Below, one piece after another: positions 12,701 through 27,781 of a stretch of 64,000 bases of DNA (position 1 is the stretch's first letter; each line of letters begins with the position of its first letter). The stretch is from Auanema rhodensis. Taxonomy: Eukaryota > Animalia > Nematoda. The notes beneath the pieces were generated by a model. That model worked only from the letters and a program-made list of their open reading frames with translations, was not told the origin of the DNA and did not search any database. The position numbers and the translations under genes were made by a program. The stretch is taken from positions 11,594,001 to 11,658,000 of the forward strand of contig OZ059895.1 in the NCBI GenBank assembly GCA_964057225.1. The letters run 5' to 3'.

Positions 12701-15700
12701 CAAGCAGTTTTACTCAGATAGCTTAACCCAAAGCAGCAAATTATCTTCAATATTATTTCTATCTCACAGTTATAAACCAATAGTTAATGAACCATCATCT
12801 TACCCTTATCGTTTCTATCTATTTCCTATCGAAACCAACTTTGTTCAAACACTATACAACTGAGAAGCCTTTTTTAATTTCTTGTATTTGGAGTTCATAA
12901 GATTTGATATCATCGAGGGATTCAGATAGAACGTGGAAAATTACATAACTACCATGAAATTGGAAAAAACTATAACGAGGATAAGTATGTAAATCATTGA
13001 ATATCAGATATTTTTGCTTACAACTATACCACGTTGTAAGTACGCCATGCCGCTGATTTTCAATTTTAACTCTTTTGTAACAAATGTTTTCAATTTTCAA
13101 GCAGTTTTACTCAGATAGCTTAACCCAAGGCAGCAAATTATCTTCAATATTATTTCTATCTTACAGTTATAAACCAATAGTTAATGAACCATCATCTTAC
13201 CTTTACTATTTCTATCTATTTCCTATCAAAACCAACTTTGTTCAAACACTATACAACTGAGAAGCCTTTTTTAATTTCTTGTATTTGGAGTTCATAAGAT
13301 TTGATATCATTGAGGGATTTAGATAGAACGTGGAAAATTACATAACTACCATGAAATTGGAAAAAATTATAACGAGGATAAGTATGTAAATCATTGACTA
13401 TCAGATATTTTTGCTTACAACTATACCACGTTGTAAGTACGCCATGCCGCTGATTTTCAATTTTAACTCTTTTGTAACAAATGTTTTCAATTTTCAAGCA
13501 GTTTTACTCAGATAGCTTAACCCAAAGCAGCAAATTATCTTCAATATTATTTCTATCTCACAGTTATAAACCAATAGTTAATGAACCATCATCTTACCCT
13601 TATCGTTTCTATCTATTTCCTATCGAAACCATCTTTGTTCAAAAACTATACAACTGTGAAACCTTTTTCAATTTCTTGTATTTGGAGCTCATAAAATTTG
13701 ATATCATTGAGGGATCCAGATAGAACGTGGAAAATTACGTAACTAACATGAAATTGGAAAAAACTATAACGAGGATAAGTATGTGAATCATTGAATATCA
13801 GATATTTTCGCTTAGGACCATACCACGTTGTAAGTACGCCATGCCGCTGATTTTCAATTTTAACTCTTTTGTAACAAATGTTTTCAATATTCAAGCAGTT
13901 TTACTCAGATAGCTTAACCCAAGGCAGCAAATTATCTTCAATATTATTTCTATCTCACAGTTATAAACCAATAGTTAATGAAACATCATCTTACCCTTAT
14001 CGTTTCTATCTATTTCCTATCGAAACCAACTTTGTTCAAAAACTATACAACTGTGAAACCTTTTTCAATTTCTTGTATTTGGAGCTCATAAGATTTGATA
14101 TCATTGAGGGATCCAGATAGAACGTGGAAAATTACGTAACTAACATAAAATTGGAAAAAACTATAACGAGGATAAGTATGTGAATCATTGAATATCAGAT
14201 ATTTTCGCTTAGGACCATACCACGTTGAAAGTACGCCATGCCGCTGATTTTCAATTTTAACTCTTTTGTAACAAATGTTTTCAATTTTCAAGCAGTTTTA
14301 GTCAGATAGCTTAACCCAAGGCAGCAAATTATCTTCAATATTATTTCTATCTTACAGATATAAACCAATAGTTAATGAAACATCATCTTACCCTTATCGT
14401 TTCTATCTATTTCCTATCGAAACCAACTTTGTTCAAAAACTATACAACTGTGAAACCTTTTTCAATTTCTTGTATTTGGAGCTCATAAGATTTGATATCA
14501 TTGAGGGATCCAGATAGAACGTGGAAAATTACGTAACTAACATGAAATTGGAAAAAACTATAACGAGGATAAGTATGTGAATCATTGAATATCAGATATT
14601 TTCGCTTAGGACCATACCACGTTGAAAGTACGCCATGCCGCTGATTTTCAATTTTAACTCTTTTGTAACAAATTTTTTCAATTTTCAAGCAGTTTTACTC
14701 AGATAGCTTAACCCAAGGCAGCAAATTATCTTCAATATTATTTCTATCTTACAGTTATAAACCAATAGTTAATGAACCATCATCTTACATTTACTGTTTC
14801 TATCTATTTCCTATCGAAAGCAACTTTGTTCAAACACTATACAACTGTGAAACCTTTTTTAATTTCTTGTATTTGGAGCTCATAAGATTTGATATCATCG
14901 AGGGATCCAGATAGAACGTGGAAAATTACGTAACTAACATGAAATTGGAAAAAACTATAACGAGGATAAGTATGTAAATCATTGAATATCAGATATTTTT
15001 GCTTACAACTATACCACGTTGTAAGTACACCATGCCGCTGATTTTCAATTTTAACTCTTTTGTAACAAATGTTTTCAATTTTCAAGCAGTTTTACTCAAA
15101 TAGCTTAACCCAAGGCAGCAAATTATCTTCAATATTATTTCTATCTTACAGTTATAAACCAATAGTTAATGAACCATCATCTTACATTTACTGTTTCTAT
15201 CTATTTCCTATCGAAAGCAACTTTGTTCAAACACTATACAACTGTGAAACCTTTTTTAATTTCTTGTATTTGGAGCTCATAAGATTTGATATCATCGAGG
15301 GATCCAGATAGAACGTGGAAAATTACGTAACTAACATGAAATTGGAAAAAACTATAACGAGGATAAGTATGTAAATCATTGACTATCAGATATTTTTGCT
15401 TACAACTATACCACGTTGTAAGTACGCCATGCCGCTGATTTTCAATTTTAACTCTTTTGTAACAAATGTTTTCAATTTTCAAGCAGTTTTACTCAGATAG
15501 CTTAACCCAAGGCAGCAAATTATCTTCAATATTATTTCTATCTTACAGTTATAAACCAATAGTTAATGAACCATCATCTTACCTTTAATGTTTCTATGTA
15601 TTTCCTATCGAAAGCAACTTTGTTCAAACACTATACAACTGTGAAACCTTTTTAATTTCTTGTATTTGGAGCTCATAAGATTTGATATCATTGAGAAATT

Positions 15701-18700
15701 TAGATAGAACGTGGAAAATTACATAACTACCATGAAATTGGAAAAAACTATAACGAGGATAAGTATGTAAATCATTGAATATCAGATATTTTTGCTTACA
15801 ACTATACCACGTTGTAAGTACACCATGCCGCTGATTTTCAATTTTAACTCTTTTGTAACAAATGTTTTCAATTTTCAAGCAGTTTTACTCAGATAGCTTA
15901 ACCCAAGGCAGCAAATTATCTTCAATATTATTTCTATCTTACAGTTATAAACCAATAGTTAATGAACCATCATCTTACCTTTACTGTTTCTATCTATTTC
16001 CTATCGAAAGCAACTTTGTTCAAACACTATACAACTGTGACACCTTTTTCAATTTCTTGTATTTGGAGTTCATAAGATTTGATATCATCGAGGGATTCAG
16101 ATAGAACGTGGAAAATTACATAACTACCATGAAATTGGAAAAAACTATAACGAGGATAAGTATGTAAATCATTGAATATCAGATATTTTTGCTTACAACT
16201 ATACCACGTTGTAAGTACGCCATGCCGCTGATTTTCAATTTTAACTCTTTTGTAACAAATGTTTTCAATTTTCAAGCAGTTTTACTCAGATAGCTTAACC
16301 CAAGGCAGCAAATTATCTTCAATATTATTTCTATCTTACAGTTATAAACCAATAGTTAATGAACCATCATCTTACCTTTACTATTTCTATCTATTTCCTA
16401 TCAAAACCAACTTTGTTCAAACACTATACAACTGAGAAGCCTTTTTTAATTTCTTGTATTTGGAGTTCATAAGATTTGATATCATTGAGGGATTTAGATA
16501 GAACGTGGAAAATTACATAACTACCATGAAATTGGAAAAAACTATAACGAGGATAAGTATGTAAATCATTGAATATCAGATATTTTTGCTTACAACTATA
16601 CCACGTTGTAAGTACACCATGCCGCTGATTTTCAATTTTAACTCTTTTGTAACAAATGTTTTCAATTTTCAAGCAGTTTTACTCAGATAGCTTAACCCAA
16701 GGCAGCAAATTATCTTCAATATTATTTCTATCTTACAGTTATAAACCAATAGTTAATGAACCATCATCTTACCTTTAATGTTTCTATGTATTTCCTATCG
16801 AAAGCAACTTTGTTCAAACACTATACAACTGTGAAACCTTTTTAATTTCTTGTATTTGGAGCTCATAAGATTTGATATCATTGAGAAATTTAGATAGAAC
16901 GTGGAAAATTACATAACTACCATGAAATTGGAAAAAACTATAACGAGGATAAGTATGTAAATCATTGAATATCAGATATTTTTGCTTACAACTATACCAC
17001 GTTGTAAGTACACCATGCCGCTGATTTTCAATTTTAACTCTTTTGTAACAAATGTTTTCAATTTTCAAGCAGTTTTACTCAGATAGCTTAACCCAAGGCA
17101 GCAAATTATCTTCAATATTATTTCTATCTTACAGTTATAAACCAATAGTTAATGAACCATCATCTTACCTTTACTGTTTCTATCTATTTCCTATCGAAAG
17201 CAACTTTGTTCAAACACTATACAACTGTGACACCTTTTTCAATTTCTTGTATTTGGAGTTCATAAGATTTGATATCATCGAGGGATTCAGATAGAACGTG
17301 GAAAATTACATAACTACCATGAAATTGGAAAAAACTATAACGAGGATAAGTATGTAAATCATTGAATATCAGATATTTTTGCTTACAACTATACCACGTT
17401 GTAAGTACGCCATGCCGCTGATTTTCAATTTTAACTCTTTTGTAACAAATGTTTTCAATTTTCAAGCAGTTTTACTCAGATAGCTTAACCCAAGGCAGCA
17501 AATTATCTTCAATATTATTTCTATCTTACAGTTATAAACCAATAGTTAATGAACCATCATCTTACCTTTACTATTTCTATCTATTTCCTATCAAAACCAA
17601 CTTTGTTCAAACACTATACAACTGAGAAGCCTTTTTTAATTTCTTGTATTTGGAGTTCATAAGATTTGATATCATTGAGGGATTTAGATAGAACGTGGAA
17701 AATTACATAACTACCATGAAATTGGAAAAAATTATAACGAGGATAAGTATGTAAATCATTGACTATCAGATATTTTTGCTTACAACTATACCACGTTGTA
17801 AGTACGCCATGCCGCTGATTTTCAATTTTAACTCTTTTGTAACAAATGTTTTCAATTTTCAAGCAGTTTTACTCAGATAGCTTAACCCAAAGCAGCAAAT
17901 TATCTTCAATATTATTTCTATCTCACAGTTATAAACCAATAGTTAATGAACCATCATCTTACCCTTATCGTTTCTATCTATTTCCTATCGAAACCATCTT
18001 TGTTCAAAAACTATACAACTGTGAAACCTTTTTCAATTTCTTGTATTTGGAGTTCATAAGATTTGATATCATTGAGGGATTTAGATAGAACGTGGAAAAT
18101 TACATAACTACCATGAAATTGGAAAAAACTATAACGAGGATAAGTATGTAAATCATTGAATATCAGATATTTTTGCTTACAACTATACCACGTTGTAAGT
18201 ACGCCATGCCGCTGATTTTCAATTTTAACTCTTTTGTAACAAATGTTTTCAATTTTCAAGCAGTTTTACTCAGATAGCTTAACCCAAGGCAGCAAATTAT
18301 CTTCAATATTATTTCTATCTTACAGTTATAAACCAATAGTTAATGAACCATCATCTTACATTTACTGTTTCTATCTATTTCCTATCGAAAGCAACTTTGT
18401 TCAAACACTATACAACTGTGAAACCTTTTTTAATTTCTTGTATTTGGAGCTCATAAGATTTGATATCATCGAGGGATCCAGATAGAACGTGGAAAATTAC
18501 GTAACTAACATGAAATTGGAAAAAACTATAACGAGGATAAGTATGTAAATCATTGACTATCAGATATTTTTGCTTACAACTATACCACGTTGTAAGTACG
18601 CCATGCCGCTGATTTTCAATTTTAACTCTTTTGTAACAAATGTTTTCAATTTTCAAGCAGTTTTACTCAGATAGCTTAACCCAAGGCAGCAAATTATCTT

Positions 18701-21700
18701 CAATATTATTTCTATCTTACAGTTATAAACCAATAGTTAATGAACCATCATCTTACCTTTAATGTTTCTATGTATTTCCTATCGAAAGCAACTTTGTTCA
18801 AACACTATACAACTGTGAAACCTTTTTAATTTCTTGTATTTGGAGCTCATAAGATTTGATATCATTGAGAAATTTAGATAGAACGTGGAAAATTACATAA
18901 CTACCATGAAATTGGAAAAAACTATAACGAGGATAAGTATGTAAATCATTGAATATCAGATATTTTTGCTTACAACTATACCACGTTGTAAGTACACCAT
19001 GCCGCTGATTTTCAATTTTAACTCTTTTGTAACAAATGTTTTCAATTTTCAAGCAGTTTTACTCAGATAGCTTAACCCAAGGCAGCAAATTATCTTCAAT
19101 ATTATTTCTATCTTACAGTTATAAACCAATAGTTAATGAACCATCATCTTACCTTTACTGTTTCTATCTATTTCCTATCGAAAGCAACTTTGTTCAAACA
19201 CTATACAACTGTGACACCTTTTTCAATTTCTTGTATTTGGAGTTCATAAGATTTGATATCATCGAGGGATTCAGATAGAACGTGGAAAATTACATAACTA
19301 CCATGAAATTGGAAAAAACTATAACGAGGATAAGTATGTAAATCATTGAATATCAGATATTTTTGCTTACAACTATACCACGTTGTAAGTACGCCATGCC
19401 GCTGATTTTCAATTTTAACTCTTTTGTAACAAATGTTTTCAATTTTCAAGCAGTTTTACTCAGATAGCTTAACCCAAGGCAGCAAATTATCTTCAATATT
19501 ATTTCTATCTTACAGTTATAAACCAATAGTTAATGAACCATCATCTTACCTTTACTATTTCTATCTATTTCCTATCAAAACCAACTTTGTTCAAACACTA
19601 TACAACTGAGAAGCCTTTTTTAATTTCTTGTATTTGGAGTTCATAAGATTTGATATCATTGAGGGATTTAGATAGAACGTGGAAAATTACATAACTACCA
19701 TGAAATTGGAAAAAACTATAACGAGGATAAGTATGTAAATCATTGAATATCAGATATTTTTGCTTACAACTATACCACGTTGTAAGTACACCATGCCGCT
19801 GATTTTCAATTTTAACTCTTTTGTAACAAATGTTTTCAATTTTCAAGCAGTTTTACTCAGATAGCTTAACCCAAGGCAGCAAATTATCTTCAATATTATT
19901 TCTATCTTACAGTTATAAACCAATAGTTAATGAACCATCATCTTACCTTTAATGTTTCTATGTATTTCCTATCGAAAGCAACTTTGTTCAAACACTATAC
20001 AACTGTGAAACCTTTTTAATTTCTTGTATTTGGAGCTCATAAGATTTGATATCATTGAGAAATTTAGATAGAACGTGGAAAATTACATAACTACCATGAA
20101 ATTGGAAAAAACTATAACGAGGATAAGTATGTAAATCATTGAATATCAGATATTTTTGCTTACAACTATACCACGTTGTAAGTACACCATGCCGCTGATT
20201 TTCAATTTTAACTCTTTTGTAACAAATGTTTTCAATTTTCAAGCAGTTTTACTCAGATAGCTTAACCCAAGGCAGCAAATTATCTTCAATATTATTTCTA
20301 TCTTACAGTTATAAACCAATAGTTAATGAACCATCATCTTACCTTTACTGTTTCTATCTATTTCCTATCGAAAGCAACTTTGTTCAAACACTATACAACT
20401 GTGACACCTTTTTCAATTTCTTGTATTTGGAGTTCATAAGATTTGATATCATCGAGGGATTCAGATAGAACGTGGAAAATTACATAACTACCATGAAATT
20501 GGAAAAAACTATAACGAGGATAAGTATGTAAATCATTGAATATCAGATATTTTTGCTTACAACTATACCACGTTGTAAGTACGCCATGCCGCTGATTTTC
20601 AATTTTAACTCTTTTGTAACAAATGTTTTCAATTTTCAAGCAGTTTTACTCAGATAGCTTAACCCAAGGCAGCAAATTATCTTCAATATTATTTCTATCT
20701 TACAGTTATAAACCAATAGTTAATGAACCATCATCTTACCTTTACTATTTCTATCTATTTCCTATCAAAACCAACTTTGTTCAAACACTATACAACTGAG
20801 AAGCCTTTTTTAATTTCTTGTATTTGGAGTTCATAAGATTTGATATCATTGAGGGATTTAGATAGAACGTGGAAAATTACATAACTACCATGAAATTGGA
20901 AAAAATTATAACGAGGATAAGTATGTAAATCATTGACTATCAGATATTTTTGCTTACAACTATACCACGTTGTAAGTACGCCATGCCGCTGATTTTCAAT
21001 TTTAACTCTTTTGTAACAAATGTTTTCAATTTTCAAGCAGTTTTACTCAGATAGCTTAACCCAAAGCAGCAAATTATCTTCAATATTATTTCTATCTCAC
21101 AGTTATAAACCAATAGTTAATGAACCATCATCTTACCCTTATCGTTTCTATCTATTTCCTATCGAAACCAACTTTGTTCAAACACTATACAACTGAGAAG
21201 CCTTTTTTAATTTCTTGTATTTGGAGTTCATAAGATTTGATATCATCGAGGGATTCAGATAGAACGTGGAAAATTACATAACTACCATGAAATTGGAAAA
21301 AACTATAACGAGGATAAGTATGTAAATCATTGAATATCAGATATTTTTGCTTACAACTATACCACGTTGTAAGTACGCCATGCCGCTGATTTTCAATTTT
21401 AACTCTTTTGTAACAAATGTTTTCAATTTTCAAGCAGTTTTACTCAGATAGCTTAACCCAAGGCAGCAAATTATCTTCAATATTATTTCTATCTTACAGT
21501 TATAAACCAATAGTTAATGAACCATCATCTTACCTTTACTATTTCTATCTATTTCCTATCAAAACCAACTTTGTTCAAACACTATACAACTGAGAAGCCT
21601 TTTTTAATTTCTTGTATTTGGAGTTCATAAGATTTGATATCATTGAGGGATTTAGATAGAACGTGGAAAATTACATAACTACCATGAAATTGGAAAAAAT

Positions 21701-23415
21701 TATAACGAGGATAAGTATGTAAATCATTGACTATCAGATATTTTTGCTTACAACTATACCACGTTGTAAGTACGCCATGCCGCTGATTTTCAATTTTAAC
21801 TCTTTTGTAACAAATGTTTTCAATTTTCAAGCAGTTTTACTCAGATAGCTTAACCCAAAGCAGCAAATTATCTTCAATATTATTTCTATCTCACAGTTAT
21901 AAACCAATAGTTAATGAACCATCATCTTACCCTTATCGTTTCTATCTATTTCCTATCGAAACCATCTTTGTTCAAAAACTATACAACTGTGAAACCTTTT
22001 TCAATTTCTTGTATTTGGAGCTCATAAAATTTGATATCATTGAGGGATCCAGATAGAACGTGGAAAATTACGTAACTAACATGAAATTGGAAAAAACTAT
22101 AACGAGGATAAGTATGTGAATCATTGAATATCAGATATTTTCGCTTAGGACCATACCACGTTGAAAGTACGCCATGCCGCTGATTTTCAATTTTAACTCT
22201 TTTGTAACAAATGTTTTCAATTTTCAAGCAGTTTTAGTCAGATAGCTTAACCCAAGGCAGCAAATTATCTTCAATATTATTTCTATCTCACAGTTATAAA
22301 CCAATAGTTAATGAACCATCATCTTACCCTTATCGTTTCTATCTATTTCCTATCGAAACCAACTTTGTTCAAAAACTATACAACTGTGAAACCTTTTTCA
22401 ATTTCTTGTATTTGGAGCTCATAAAATTTGATATCATTGAGGGATCCAGATAGAACGTGGAAAATTACGTAACTAACATAAAATTAGAAAAAACTATAAC
22501 GAGGATAAGTATGTGAATCATTGAATATCAGATATTTTCGCTTAGGACCATACCACGTTGAAAGTACGCCATGCCGCTGATTTTCAATTTTAACTCTTTT
22601 GTAACAAATGTTTTCAATTTTCAAGCAGTTTTAGTCAGATAGCTTAACCCAAGGCAGCAAATTATCTTCAATATTATTTCTATCTCACAGTTATAAACCA
22701 ATAGTTAATGAAACATCATCTTACCCTTATCGTTTCTATCTATTTCCTATCGAAACCAACTTTGTTCAAAAACTATACAACTGTGAAACCTTTTTCAATT
22801 TCTTGTATTTGGAGCTCATAAGATTTGATATCATTGAGGGATCCAGATAGAACGTGGAAAATTACGTAACTAACATAAAATTGGAAAAAACTATAACGAG
22901 GATAAGTATGTGAATCATTGAATATCAGATATTTTCGCTTAGGACCATACCACGTTGAAAGTACGCCATGCCGCTGATTTTCAATTTTAACTCTTTTGTA
23001 ACAAATGTTTTCAATTTTCAAGCAGTTTTAGTCAGATAGCTTAACCCAAGGCAGCAAATTATCTTCAATATTATTTCTATCTTACAGATATAAACCAATA
23101 GTTAATGAAACATCATCTTACCCTTATCGTTTCTATCTATTTCCTATCGAAACCAACTTTGTTCAAAAACTATACAACTGTGAAACCTTTTTCAATTTCT
23201 TGTATTTGGAGCTCATAAGATTTGATATCATTGAGGGATCCAGATAGAACGTGGAAAATTACGTAACTAACATGAAATTGGAAAAAACTATAACGAGGAT
23301 AAGTATGTGAATCATTGAATATCAGATATTTTCGCTTAGGACCATACCACGTTGAAAGTACGCCATGCCGCTGATTTTCAATTTTAACTCTTTTGTAACA
23401 AATTTTTTCAATTTT

Positions 23416-26400
23416 CAAGCAGTTTTACTCAGATAGCTTAACCCAAGGCAGCAAATTATCTTCAATATTATTTCTATCTTACAGTTATAAACCAATAGTT
23501 AATGAACCATCATCTTACATTTACTGTTTCTATCTATTTCCTATCGAAAGCAACTTTGTTCAAACACTATACAACTGTGAAACCTTTTTTAATTTCTTGT
23601 ATTTGGAGCTCATAAGATTTGATATCATCGAGGGATCCAGATAGAACGTGGAAAATTACGTAACTAACATGAAATTGGAAAAAACTATAACGAGGATAAG
23701 TATGTAAATCATTGAATACCAGATATTTTTGCTTACAACTATACCACGTTGTAAGTACACCATGCCGCTGATTTTCAATTTTAACTCTTTTGTAACAAAT
23801 GTTTTCAATTTTCAAGCAGTTTTACTCAAATAGCTTAACCCAAGGCAGCAAATTATCTTCAATATTATTTCTATCTTACAGTTATAAACCAATAGTTAAT
23901 GAACCATCATCTTACCTTTACTGTTTCTATCTATTTCCTATCGAGAGCAACTTTGTTCAAACACTATACAACTGTGAAACCTTTTTTAATTTCTTGTATT
24001 TGGAGCTCATAAGATTTGATGTCATCGAGGGATCCAGATAGAACGTGGAAAATTACGTAACTAACATGAAATTGGAAAAAACTATAACGAGGATAAGTAT
24101 GTAAATCATTAAATACCAGATATTTTTGCTTACAACTATACCACGTTGTAAGTACACCATGCCGCTGATTTTCAATTTTAACTCTTTTGTAACAAATGTT
24201 TTCAATTTTCAAGCAGTTTTACTCAGATAGCTTAACCCAAGGCAGCAAATTATCTTCAATATTATTTCTATCTTACAGTTATAAACCAATAGTTAATGAA
24301 CCATCATCTTACCTTTAATGTTTCTATGTATTTCCTATCGAAAGCAACTTTGTTCAAACACTATACAACTGTGAAACCTTTTTAATTTCTTGTATTTGGA
24401 GCTCATAAGATTTGATATCATTGAGAAATTTAGATAGAACGTGGAAAATTACATAACTACCATGAAATTGGAAAAAACTATAACGAGGATAAGTATGTAA
24501 ATCATTGAATATCAGATATTTTTGCTTACAACTATACCACGTTGTAAGTACGCCATGCCGCTGATTTTCAATTTTAACTCTTTTGTAACAAATGTTTTCA
24601 ATTTTCAAGCAGTTTTACTCAGATAGCTTAACCCAAGGCAGCAAATTATCTTCAATATTATTTCTATCTTACAGTTATAAACCAATAGTTAATGAACCAT
24701 CATCTTACCTTTACTGTTTCTATCTATTTCCTATCGAAAGCAACTTTGTTCAAACACTATACAACTGTGACACCTTTTTCAATTTCTTGTATTTGGAGTT
24801 CATAAGATTTGATATCATCGAGGGATTCAGATAGAACGTGGAAAATTACATAACTAACATGAAATTGGGAAAAAATTATAACGAGGATAAGTATGTGAAA
24901 CATTGATTATCAGATATTTTCGCTTAGGACCATACCACGTTGAAAGTACGCCATGCCGCTGATTTTCAATTTTAACTCTTTTGTAACAAATGTTTTCAAT
25001 TTTCAAGCAGTTTTACTCAGATAGCTTAACCCAAGGCAGCAAATTATCTTCAATATTATTTCTATCTTACAGTTATAAACCAATAGTTAATGAACCATCA
25101 TCTTACCTTTACTATTTCTATCTATTTCCTATCAAAACCAACTTTGTTCAAACACTATACAACTGAGAAGCCTTTTTTAATTTCTTGTATTTGGAGTTCA
25201 TAAGATTTGATATCATTGAGGGATTTAGATAGAACGTGGAAAATTACATAACTACCATGAAATTGGAAAAAATTATAACGAGGATAAGTATGTAAATCAT
25301 TGACTATCAGATATTTTTGCTTACAACTATACCACGTTGTAAGTACGCCATGCCGCTGATTTTCAATTTTAACTCTTTTGTAACAAATGTTTTCAATTTT
25401 CAAGCAGTTTTACTCAGATAGCTTAACCCAAAGCAGCAAATTATCTTCAATATTATTTCTATCTCACAGTTATAAACCAATAGTTAATGAACCATCATCT
25501 TACCCTTATCGTTTCTATCTATTTCCTATCGAAACCAACTTTGTTCAAAAACTATACAACTGTGAAACCTTTTTCAATTTCTTGTATTTGGAGCTCATAA
25601 AATTTGATATCATTGAGGGATCCAGATAGAACGTGGAAAATTACGTAACTAACATGAAATTGGAAAAAACTATAACGAGGATAAGTATGTGAATCATTGA
25701 ATATCAGATATTTTCGCTTAGGACCATACCACGTTGAAAGTACGCCATGCCGCTGATTTTCAATTTTAACTCTTTTGTAACAAATGTTTTCAATTTTCAA
25801 GCAGTTTTAGTCAGATAGCTTAACCCAAGGCAGCAAATTATCTTCAATATTATTTCTATCTCACAGTTATAAACCAATAGTTAATGAACCATCATCTTAC
25901 CCTTATCGTTTCTATCTATTTCCTATCGAAACCAACTTTGTTCAAAAACTATACAACTGTGAAACCTTTTTCAATTTCTTGTATTTGGAGCTCATAAAAT
26001 TTGATATCATTGAGGGATCCAGATAGAACGTGGAAAATTACGTAACTAACATAAAATTAGAAAAAACTATAACGAGGATAAGTATGTGAATCATTGAATA
26101 TCAGATATTTTCGCTTAGGACCATACCACGTTGAAAGTACGCCATGCCGCTGATTTTCAATTTTAACTCTTTTGTAACAAATGTTTTCAATTTTCAAGCA
26201 GTTTTAGTCAGATAGCTTAACCCAAGGCAGCAAATTATCTTCAATATTATTTCTATCTCACAGTTATAAACCAATAGTTAATGAAACATCATCTTACCCT
26301 TATCGTTTCTATCTATTTCCTATCGAAACCAACTTTGTTCAAAAACTATACAACTGTGAAACCTTTTTCAATTTCTTGTATTTGGAGCTCATAAGATTTG

Positions 26401-27781
26401 ATATCATTGAGGGATCCAGATAGAACGTGGAAAATTACGTAACTAACATGAAATTGGAAAAAACTATAACGAGGATAAGTATGTGAATCATTGAATATCA
26501 GATATTTTCGCTTAGGACCATACCACGTTGAAAGTACGCCATGCCGCTGATTTTCAATTTTAACTCTTTTGTAACAAATTTTTTCAATTTTCAAGCAGTT
26601 TTACTCAGATAGCTTAACCCAAGGCAGCAAATTATCTTCAATATTATTTCTATCTTACAGTTATAAACCAATAGTTAATGATCCATCATCTTACATTTAC
26701 TGTTTCTATCTATTTCCTATCGAAAGCAACTTTGTTCAAACACTATACAACTGTGAAACCTTTTTTAATTTCTTGTATTTGGAGCTCATAAGATTTGATA
26801 TCATCGAGGGATCCAGATAGAACGTGGAAAATTACGTAACTAACATGAAATTGGAAAAAACTATAACGAGGATAAGTATGTAAATCATTGAATACCAGAT
26901 ATTTTTGCTTACAACTATACCACGTTGTAAGTACACCATGCCGCTGATTTTCAATTTTAACTCTTTTGTAACAAATGTTTTCAATTTTCAAGCAGTTTTA
27001 CTCAAATAGCTTAACCCAAGGCAGCAAATTATCTTCAATATTATTTCTATCTTACAGTTATAAACCAATAGTTAATGAACCATCATCTTACCTTTACTGT
27101 TTCTATCTATTTCCTATCGAGAGCAACTTTGTTCAAACACTATACAACTGTGAAACCTTTTTTAATTTCTTGTATTTGGAGCTCATAAGATTTGATGTCA
27201 TCGAGGGATCCAGATAGAACGTGGAAAATTACGTAACTAACATGAAATTGGAAAAAACTATAACGAGGATAAGTATGTAAATCATTAAATACCAGATATT
27301 TTTGCTTACAACTATACCACGTTGTAAGTACACCATGCCGCTGATTTTCAATTTTAACTCTTTTGTAACAAATGTTTTCAATTTTCAAGCAGTTTTACTC
27401 AGATAGCTTAACCCAAGGCAGCAAATTATCTTCAATATTATTTCTATCTTACAGTTATAAACCAATAGTTAATGAACCATCATCTTACCTTTAATGTTTC
27501 TATGTATTTCCTATCGAAAGCAACTTTGTTCAAACACTATACAACTGTGAAACCTTTTTAATTTCTTGTATTTGGAGCTCATAAGATTTGATATCATTGA
27601 GAAATTTAGATAGAACGTGGAAAATTACATAACTACCATGAAATTGGAAAAAACTATAACGAGGATAAGTATGTAAATCATTGAATATCAGATATTTTTG
27701 CTTACAACTATACCACGTTGTAAGTACGCCATGCCGCTGATTTTCAATTTTAACTCTTTTGTAACAAATGTTTTCAATTTT
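23416..27781. repeat. 8-monomer (3176 bp) HOR variant
   Basis: Rare variants tcgagagc, tgatgtcatc and cattaaatacc occur at about 23941-24117 and again 3176 bp later at about 27117-27293. Type C monomers lie at 24210 and 27386. Confidence 0.8.

Larger units (their letters stand above)
1..27385. repeat. Array domain 1: homogeneous HOR layer (monomer types F1,F2,F3,G,A,B,C,D,E)
   Basis: A small set of recurring variant haplotypes appears in ordered runs, with few private SNPs. Examples: type C is 396 bp with tttaatg/tatgtat/gagaaattt; type E has gagaagcc; F types have cccttatcg/ttttagtcag; type G ends in aaattttttc. Confidence 0.85.
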
